IMG/VR virus record: IMGVR_UViG_3300035161_000034
Location: 1-53,650 of that record
Strand: one strand, 5' to 3'
Source of the DNA: a virus
Taxonomy: Duplodnaviria; Caudoviricetes
Length of the DNA: 53,650 nt
Shown: positions 47,248 through 53,650 of the stretch, piece after piece
Layout of the letters: each line of letters opens with the position of its first letter
How positions within the stretch are numbered: the first letter of the stretch is position 1
The notes under the pieces: model-generated
Told to the model about the DNA's origin: nothing
The model's database searches: none
What the model saw: only the letters and a program-made list of their open reading frames with translations
Translations under genes and position numbers: made by a program

Positions 47248-47588
47248 TAGTCGAGTGACCGGAAAGGAAAGCGCAGCCGGTCACGGTAGCCAATCACTTC
47301 ACCGGCGCTGTTGGTGATTGCAAATGTTTGCACCGCGTCATTCAACACGCTGACAATTTCTTCCGGCACATCCACCGGCTTACCGGCTTCAAGAATGTAC
47401 GCGCGGCCATTGACCGAGAAAAACTGGCCGGTTGGCGGAATATGCTCGTTATCTTCCAGCAGGATCTTGCGGCGCTTGACGGCTTCTGCCTGTTTCGGCG
47501 CGGACCGCTTGGCGGGTTTTTTCGCCGGTAGCGGATTCGGATCGCCACCGCCGTGCAGGTTTGATTTAAGTTCGAGTTGTTCGCTCAT
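47247..47588 (-). CDS. phage hypothetical protein
   Basis: F.VNG..Y....G..V.VPE....VL..A; RFPF. Confidence 0.75.
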   Translation of the reverse strand: MSEQLELKSNLHGGGDPNPLPAKKPAKRSAPKQAEAVKRRKILLEDNEHIPPTGQFFSVNGRAYILEAGKPVDVPEEIVSVLNDAVQTFAITNSAGEVIGYRDRLRFPFRSLD

Positions 47589-47839
47589 TTTTTACCTTTT
47601 GGTGGTTTGTTTAGTTTTTCAAATTCAGCGGAGAATTCCTCCGTCTGCTCTTTTTCCCGGACTGCCTTGATGATCGGCTCTATGTGCCTGAATACATCTT
47701 TTATCTCGTCGAATACGAATTCCTTATCAGGGTCTTTGAACATGCCATCCGACGACCGATTGGCCTGTAGGATCGACGGATCTTCATAACAAAGCGTGTA
47801 GCCGTTATCCAGTACCTTGATACGGAATTCGTGGCGCAT
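47585..47839 (-). CDS. hypothetical protein
   Basis: I....NGY motif; tight packing. Confidence 0.65.
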   Translation of the reverse strand: MRHEFRIKVLDNGYTLCYEDPSILQANRSSDGMFKDPDKEFVFDEIKDVFRHIEPIIKAVREKEQTEEFSAEFEKLNKPPKGKK

Positions 47840-47841
47840 CT

Positions 47842-48168
47842 TTAACCTTCGACCAGTAATGCAAACGCTTTACTTGCCGCCATTGTGACCGCTGTAAACG
47901 TGACATCGCCACCAGACACCGTAACGCCGTTGGTGGTTTCCAGTGTGCGTGTACCCACCGCAACACTGTGCAGCGAACTGGCAGCGGCCATGCCGCTGAA
48001 CCACTCGTCAGAGATACGGTCGGTCAGATTGTGAAGGACTACCCGTTTCGGCTCGAAGCCGAAAGTAAATGTCAGGGCTGTCGCCGTGGCAGCACTGGTC
48101 GTTACGTACACCTGTTCGCGGCGTACCACACCATCGGCTTTCGTCCGGGTTTCTGTATCAATTGGCAT
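47842..48168 (-). CDS. putative capsid decoration protein
   Basis: AGGAG RBS; GFEP..V; directly after the major capsid gene. Confidence 0.65.
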   Translation of the reverse strand: MPIDTETRTKADGVVRREQVYVTTSAATATALTFTFGFEPKRVVLHNLTDRISDEWFSGMAAASSLHSVAVGTRTLETTNGVTVSGGDVTFTAVTMAASKAFALLVEG

Positions 48169-48189
48169 TGCTTTCTCCTAAAATTTTTG

Positions 48190-48216
48190 AAAAACCGGGC
48201 CAGCCAGCGGCCCGGT
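48190..48216 (-). terminator. rho-independent terminator after the major capsid gene
   Basis: Minus strand ACCGGGCC-loop-GGCCCGGT then a T run. Confidence 0.75.
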
Positions 48217-48238
48217 AAACCCCCCACCAGGTTTGATC

Positions 48239-49273
48239 TTACGCAGTTGCTGCGGCTTCCCAACGTACCAAGAAGGCATCTTGCAGAATGACCGTTGCAT
48301 TGTATGTTTTCCAGCCAACCGTACCACGCTGTGCCAGCGGATCGCCGGGTGCCGGTTTTGGATTGACGACCATTGGGTGAATGCTATTCTCGCCTTTCAG
48401 CGGCACCAGACCGTAGGCGTCGCGAGCGATCACCAGAATCGGATACACGTCAGCCGATGTACCGGTGGTGGAACGCATCAAGCCTTTCGCACCGCCTGCA
48501 TCGGCAAATGGGGCAAAAACGGTCGAGGTCAGATAGCGCACCTGTTCAACCGTACCGATTTCATTCTCGAACGGGGTTGCCGAACCGTAATCTTTAGGAT
48601 TGATGTAACCACTCAAGGTCCGAATGTCGGTTTCCGAATCCGGGTGACACAGTGCGATGTACGACGCTTCAACCGACTGCTTGGCATAGCTTGGCGTGCT
48701 GGATAGCACTTGCGTCAATTTCTTGGCATTCTGCCGGTTCATCGACGTGGTAATCTGGCGTTGTACTGCTAAAGTCGGTGCGGTATTTACCGCGTTGCGT
48801 GCGCCACCGTTGTTGTAGAACACGTTGGTTCCGGCTTTCAGTACGTTAAAACGCAAGGTTTCAATCGTCTGTGCAGCAGATTCACCAAGGACTTCCATTG
48901 CTTGTTGCAATACCGGATCTTCATGGGTATCCATGACCACATCGGTAATCGTCACGAAATCGCCGTATTGCTGCAACGTTGCCGTGTAGTCAACACTGGC
49001 GAGTTTTTTGCCGGTCGGAGTAATCCCTTCAACCAGCGGTGTCGTTGCCAACGGTGTGTAAAAAGCAGCGGTTGCATCGCCGTCACCGGCGGCACCGGTT
49101 GCACCACTTAAGAAATAACGACGCCATTTAGCGGTTTTAGAGCTTTTCTTCGGCAGTGGATAAGATTGACCAAAGCGTTCAATGACTAAGTAAGGTAACG
49201 CGCGTTTGAGCAGTTCAGTCACTGCATAGGCGGCAGTCCGTGGGCTAATATCCCCGTAAACTGTAGATGGCAT
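48239..49273 (-). CDS. major capsid protein, N4-gp56-like
   Basis: YGDISPRT; FGQ..P.P; L.EG.TP; QYG....TD; EIG....VR; DPL.QRG.VGWK. Confidence 0.92.
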   Translation of the reverse strand: MPSTVYGDISPRTAAYAVTELLKRALPYLVIERFGQSYPLPKKSSKTAKWRRYFLSGATGAAGDGDATAAFYTPLATTPLVEGITPTGKKLASVDYTATLQQYGDFVTITDVVMDTHEDPVLQQAMEVLGESAAQTIETLRFNVLKAGTNVFYNNGGARNAVNTAPTLAVQRQITTSMNRQNAKKLTQVLSSTPSYAKQSVEASYIALCHPDSETDIRTLSGYINPKDYGSATPFENEIGTVEQVRYLTSTVFAPFADAGGAKGLMRSTTGTSADVYPILVIARDAYGLVPLKGENSIHPMVVNPKPAPGDPLAQRGTVGWKTYNATVILQDAFLVRWEAAATA

Positions 49274-49347
49274 GTTGCATTCTCCAAAAGAGTTGTCGCC
49301 ATGTCATAAACGCCAGCTTGTTTTGGCTTATCACAAGAGCGGTTATA

Positions 49348-49364
49348 AAAGTAGTTATCTACCT
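49348..49364 (-). promoter_or_regulatory. 17-bp late-region motif, copy 2
   Basis: Identical to 28557-28573, about 75 nt upstream of the capsid ATG; degenerate copy at 49384-49395. Confidence 0.65.
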
Positions 49365-49392
49365 AAATATAACACGTTTTTCGAGTAGTTGT

Positions 49393-49683
49393 CTAAAGTA
49401 TGTAACGGTAGTCATCGGCCAGCCAGTAAAGTCCTTCAACCTCTAAGGGCAGGTGGATGCTGTCGCAGCAGGCTGGCGGCAATGTCAGACCGAAATCATA
49501 GCGCGTTTCCATCGCATCGAGCGATTCTTCGTTAAAAGAATCGTCCAATACAGCAACATCTTCCAATGCCGTCACGTCAAAGTATTTGACCGGATCAAAA
49601 CACTCTCGATCTTGCAGCCAGTTAAGAAACCGGTCTGTTTTTATTGTCAGGTTCCTCAGTCTTGACGCTGGCAAATATTTCAT
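49393..49683 (-). CDS. hypothetical protein
   Basis: ATGA coupling with the scaffold stop. Confidence 0.55.
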   Translation of the reverse strand: MKYLPASRLRNLTIKTDRFLNWLQDRECFDPVKYFDVTALEDVAVLDDSFNEESLDAMETRYDFGLTLPPACCDSIHLPLEVEGLYWLADDYRYIL

Positions 49684-50642
49684 TTCATTGCGGCGAACTC
49701 TTTGAAAGCGGCGCTAAAGTCGTTGGCATCAGGTTCTGTCCGGTCCTCAGACCGTTTTGTTTTAACCACTCGGAGAGCGGCAGCGGCTGCGGCCTTCTTA
49801 GGATCTGGCGTTGGCGCTGCTGGCGCAGGTGCGACTGACGCAGCAGGCGCAGGTGCTGTTTTGCCATAATTCGTTGCCTGTTTATAGAGGTTGATAAAAT
49901 GCGCGACTTCCTCAGCGGTGCCGTTATCAATCACCTGCTGATAGGCTGCTTTCAAGTACTCGGGCTGTTGCCCGGCCCATTCAATCGCTTTATCGCGTAC
50001 GTCATCGTAATCATCAACCCGCGCCTTAATATCGGCATACTGGTCGCGGCCACTGCGCCCTTCCACATAGTCCAGTGCCGGGCCGTAAACCCCGTGAATC
50101 TGGTCAAAGATGTACTGCACCAACTGCTGGTATTCCGCCCGGCGCGTCAGTGCTTCGCCGCGCTGCACATCGCCCCAGTCCTCGGCGTACTGCTTCAATA
50201 GCTGCTGTTCGTCGTCGGTGTACAGGGGTTTCTGTTCGGTTGGCGCTTCCGGTTCGGGTTGCGGTTGGGGTGCCTGTGCCGTCTGTTGCGCCTGCTTTAA
50301 TTGCTCAATCTGCGCTTGCAGTTCTTCAATAATTTGAGACTGATCAGCGGCGGCAGGTGCTGGCGGCGTTTCATCCATCGGCGCGGGGTTATCCGCGTCT
50401 GCGACGGTTTGATCTGGCGCGGCGTCATCGCTTGCAACCGTATCATCACCGGCAACGGCGGGTTCACCGTCACCCACCACTGCGTCAGATTCGCCTTCAA
50501 CCACGGTATCGTCAGTGGCATCAGGTTCATCCACTTGTGGTTTTTGCATTTCTGAGAAGGCATCGCTGTATGCTTTTTCATCATCGGTCAATACCTCGCT
50601 GTCATCGGTATAGGGGTTAATATCTACATCATCTTCGGCCAT
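49680..50642 (-). CDS. capsid scaffolding protein
   Basis: Acidic disordered N-terminus, helical core, upstream of the capsid gene; GGAGG RBS. Confidence 0.75.
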   Translation of the reverse strand: MAEDDVDINPYTDDSEVLTDDEKAYSDAFSEMQKPQVDEPDATDDTVVEGESDAVVGDGEPAVAGDDTVASDDAAPDQTVADADNPAPMDETPPAPAAADQSQIIEELQAQIEQLKQAQQTAQAPQPQPEPEAPTEQKPLYTDDEQQLLKQYAEDWGDVQRGEALTRRAEYQQLVQYIFDQIHGVYGPALDYVEGRSGRDQYADIKARVDDYDDVRDKAIEWAGQQPEYLKAAYQQVIDNGTAEEVAHFINLYKQATNYGKTAPAPAASVAPAPAAPTPDPKKAAAAAALRVVKTKRSEDRTEPDANDFSAAFKEFAAMK

Positions 50643-50651
50643 ATCGCCTCC

Positions 50652-50885
50652 TTATTGCTTGGTTATCGGTTTACTGTTATTGAAGTCCCGAATCAAGTCC
50701 TCTAACACTTGTGCCCGTGCCTGCTCCGCCAAGAAATTCTCCGGCGGCACCTTCACCAGCCGGTCCTTGCACCGCGCCAGCCGAAGGTCCAATAAAGCCA
50801 GCACCGCCGTCATCGCCGACTCCATCCGCAGGTTGCGGATTCGGTCCAGTAGTTGGCTCTCCTTCAAGTCCTTTGTCTGTTGCAT
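50652..50885 (-). CDS. small helical protein overlapping the portal 3' end
   Basis: GGAGG before ATG50885; amphipathic helices of the kind found after podovirus portals. Confidence 0.7.
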   Translation of the reverse strand: MQQTKDLKESQLLDRIRNLRMESAMTAVLALLDLRLARCKDRLVKVPPENFLAEQARAQVLEDLIRDFNNSKPITKQ

Positions 50886-52923
50886 TGATTCCCACCTCCA
50901 AGGCATCTAAAACAGTTTTCGCCTGCTGCGCTTCCGCAGCGGCATTGTGTTTCACCGACAGCGACACATCTTTCAGGGCGCTTGCCAGTGTTTCACGGAT
51001 TTCAGCGCGGATCATTTCCGCCTCACGTTGCTGTGCTTCCTGTTGTTCTTTCGCAGCCGCCGCATCCAGTGCCTGTGCTTCGGCTTCGGACACGACAATA
51101 TCGCTGTCATCCAGATCGCGTACGCGAATACGCGCCATTGCCAGCCGTCGGAAGTTAATGTAGCGTTTTTCCTCGTCGGTCAGCGTGGTTGCCAGATTAT
51201 CCAATTGAATGCCCTGCACCTCTTTGGCGATCAGGCTGGTCGCACCGCGCGCTTTCGGCAGGAAGTCGCCGCGTATGCGCGTATCGTCAGAGAACACCTT
51301 ATTGAAGGTAATAATCGACCCGATCACCGATTCGGTGAAAATGTCAAAGTTGCGAACCACATCCTTGAACGGCAGCGCCGCCTGCCCTTGCAACATGCTG
51401 GCTCCGGCAGCGGTGCGCAGCGGCTCACTCGGGCCGTTCTGCAAATCCCCGCCGGTGGCCGGACTGACAAAGGTTTCCTGATCGGAAAACTGCTTGAACA
51501 ATTCCACCACGGCTTGCAGTTCCGGCAAATGCATCGGCAGGTCAATCGACCGCACCGCCGGGACGTTGACGGTCGGCCCGTCATCCTCGCGATACCAGAT
51601 TTTGTCGGTTTCTATCGCGGTCATGTCCTGATCCGGTCGGAGTAGTTCGGTATTGACCTCCAGATTGCGCAGCACCGACGCATTGTCCAGTATCATACGC
51701 ACCGCCGCACACACCCCCAACTGGCTGTCACGCACGATATTCGGCAGACCGGAGCCAAGAATGCTGGTTTCGTCATCCTCGAAAATGAAGTGGTGGTACA
51801 TCTTCATCGTCATGCCATCAGGGAGTAGATCACTCCACGGACTGGTCTGTGCCTTGATTACGATGCCGTCCACCATCCAGATATGCGCCTGCAAATCTTC
51901 TTCCAGCCGGTCATCCGGTATTTCAATCCCGGCCTGTTTCAACAGCCGCCCGGACAGCGCCCCATCCCATATCACCACGTCGTATTTGCAGCGCCCTTGC
52001 GCGTTGACATTCTTCTGATCACCGTGCTGCGTCATATCCACTTCAAACTCACGGCGGCGGTAATTGCCGTCCGGCAGTCTTTTCAGTACGGTGTCGATGG
52101 CATCACTGATAAAATCCTCACGCCGTTTCAGACCGATCAACTCATGCTTGGTCATTACCGGGCGTTCAAACTGCCCTTCCATCTGATCCAGCGATTTCGC
52201 CGACATATCCGGGTAATAATCCCACAGTTTGACGAACTCGAAACGGGGCCGGTATGCGGTGGTCGGCACCGCCATCAGCCGCCCGGAGGTATCCGCCAGC
52301 CATGTGCGCCGTTGCACCGTTTCGACGAACGGGCCTTTCAGCACCCCCATACCGTAGTCGATGCCGCTGACCAGCACCTTCCGCGCCAGCGCGGTATAGG
52401 ACAACGACCGTGAGCCGCCCAAGTCCTGCAATTGGTCGCTGATCTCGCGCGACAGGTTCTTGCCGCGTTCCCGCGCAAACTGACGGATCGCTTCTTCAAT
52501 CTGTGCATCATCCGGGTTGGGGGACTCCAGCGCATCCAGTACCTGTTGCAGGTCGTCTTGGTGCAGGTCTGGTACATCGGAAGGGGTTACCGTCCAGTTG
52601 GTTTCGGATGCCGGGAACAGCAGGTTCATCAGGCGCGACACCATGCTGACGCACTTTACGCGGGTGATTTTCGGGTATGCCTTACTGCGGTTTTCGCCAA
52701 TCTGCCGTTCGATTTCCGGGTCGTAGATGCCCTGCTTCTGCCGCGCGTTCTGCGCCCATCGTTTTTCGGCAATCCGGCGGTCGGCTTCATACATCTCGAA
52801 CTTGGTCATCAAGTGCCGTCCGAGTACTTTGAGTCCTTCCTTGTTCAGCACGGTCTGAACCACGCCCCCACTGCTCGGATCGGGGAGTTGTACTTCGTTA
52901 ATTTCCGCTGTTTCTTCAGTCAT
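50677..52923 (-). CDS. portal protein
   Basis: RS.AYPKITR.K; G.G..KGP; YPD; G.GLP; RTA.G.SML; follows terminase. Confidence 0.9.
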   Translation of the reverse strand: MTEETAEINEVQLPDPSSGGVVQTVLNKEGLKVLGRHLMTKFEMYEADRRIAEKRWAQNARQKQGIYDPEIERQIGENRSKAYPKITRVKCVSMVSRLMNLLFPASETNWTVTPSDVPDLHQDDLQQVLDALESPNPDDAQIEEAIRQFARERGKNLSREISDQLQDLGGSRSLSYTALARKVLVSGIDYGMGVLKGPFVETVQRRTWLADTSGRLMAVPTTAYRPRFEFVKLWDYYPDMSAKSLDQMEGQFERPVMTKHELIGLKRREDFISDAIDTVLKRLPDGNYRRREFEVDMTQHGDQKNVNAQGRCKYDVVIWDGALSGRLLKQAGIEIPDDRLEEDLQAHIWMVDGIVIKAQTSPWSDLLPDGMTMKMYHHFIFEDDETSILGSGLPNIVRDSQLGVCAAVRMILDNASVLRNLEVNTELLRPDQDMTAIETDKIWYREDDGPTVNVPAVRSIDLPMHLPELQAVVELFKQFSDQETFVSPATGGDLQNGPSEPLRTAAGASMLQGQAALPFKDVVRNFDIFTESVIGSIITFNKVFSDDTRIRGDFLPKARGATSLIAKEVQGIQLDNLATTLTDEEKRYINFRRLAMARIRVRDLDDSDIVVSEAEAQALDAAAAKEQQEAQQREAEMIRAEIRETLASALKDVSLSVKHNAAAEAQQAKTVLDALEVGINATDKGLEGEPTTGPNPQPADGVGDDGGAGFIGPSAGAVQGPAGEGAAGEFLGGAGTGTSVRGLDSGLQ

Positions 52924-52931
52924 GGCAATCC

Positions 52932-53650
52932 TTAACGCGCGATATACGGGTTACTAAATCTCGGTATTGTAAACGGTTTATGTTTCTGCCGCGATCCTTT
53001 TACCGGATCGGTACGGACGCAGTAACGGCAGACATAACCGACGGCATCGCCCGGATGGGAGGATTCATTCTTGACCGGCTTGGTCTTTTCTTCACCTTTT
53101 AAAGTCTTTTCATAACGCCAACCACTCGCCAATGCCCGGATTACTTTCTTGCAGCGCGGATCGACCAGAAACGCCGGTCCCACTTCAGTCAGCCGGGTGG
53201 TGAAATTGTCGATAGCTTCCAGACGCGGCGATAAAAGATTGGTGTTATCTACTTTTACCGTCCAGAATTTCTTGTATTTATTTTGCTTGAGTACTTGAAC
53301 TACCGTTCTTTCATCGGTCGGGGTGCGTGAATTACCTGCCGGGTCGGGTGCGATAATCACTTCCATGCCGCTATACCGCAGCTTCAGTTTCGGCAGCAGC
53401 TTGTCGCGGATCATGCGTTCGGTGCCAAAGCCGGTCAGCACCAGCTCGTCGATAATGCACAAGCGGCCATACAGGTCATACTGCCCAAACACCAGCGCCG
53501 ACACCATACCCGGATCGTAACCGATAATAAGCGGCAAGAGTGGATCAGGACTTAACGGCGCTTGGGCGACGTGAATGGTGCGATTAAAGGTCGGCACGAC
53601 CGGCTCTCCGGCAAGAGAAAAGCCCCAGTTGGCATGAATGAACTGCTCGA
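52932..53650 (-). CDS. terL: terminase large subunit, C-terminal nuclease domain (5' partial)
   Basis: IGYDPG, DE, DPAG, KN..SH..DA; frame open to the window edge. Confidence 0.9.
   Translation of the reverse strand, partial: EQFIHANWGFSLAGEPVVPTFNRTIHVAQAPLSPDPLLPLIIGYDPGMVSALVFGQYDLYGRLCIIDELVLTGFGTERMIRDKLLPKLKLRYSGMEVIIAPDPAGNSRTPTDERTVVQVLKQNKYKKFWTVKVDNTNLLSPRLEAIDNFTTRLTEVGPAFLVDPRCKKVIRALASGWRYEKTLKGEEKTKPVKNESSHPGDAVGYVCRYCVRTDPVKGSRQKHKPFTIPRFSNPYIAR

Noticed and set aside
28675-53520. Many + strand ORFs opposite the structural genes, such as 37828..38940, 30856..31794 and 43145..44053
   Set aside because: Antisense shadows of GC-rich coding sequence with no recognisable motifs
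1-53650. Stop-codon reassignment or a diversity-generating retroelement
   Set aside because: Standard-code ORFs tile the window densely; no reverse transcriptase or template/variable repeat pair seen

Overview
The window is most of a tailed dsDNA bacteriophage genome with two convergent arms that meet at about 23,480. The + arm (1-23,488) starts with an early region of small accessory genes (ArdC-like protein, possible beta-clamp-like protein, HTH and HNH-derived proteins). It continues into a replication module: family A DNA polymerase with an intein, MazG-like and ASCH-like proteins, PD-(D/E)XK nuclease, degenerate Fic, VRR-NUC, SNF2-like helicase, probable ssDNA-binding protein, a repeat-rich candidate origin and a primase/DUF927-type helicase. 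The - arm (53,650-23,475) encodes partial TerL, portal, scaffold, an N4-gp56-like major capsid protein, adaptor and tail proteins, a 2,537-aa internal virion protein and a lysis cassette. I saw no integrase, RNA polymerase, tRNA or CRISPR array. Two observations stand out. (1) A complete +1-frame zinc-finger gene with Shine-Dalgarno sites lies entirely inside the polymerase intein. (2) The early region has a repeated intergenic architecture: five copies of a 20-bp palindrome, two three-box modules with exact 21-bp periodicity, related stems and an invariant ACACAAAGGAGA leader, which gives it a cassette-like layout. All family assignments come from recognising motifs by eye, with no database searches.
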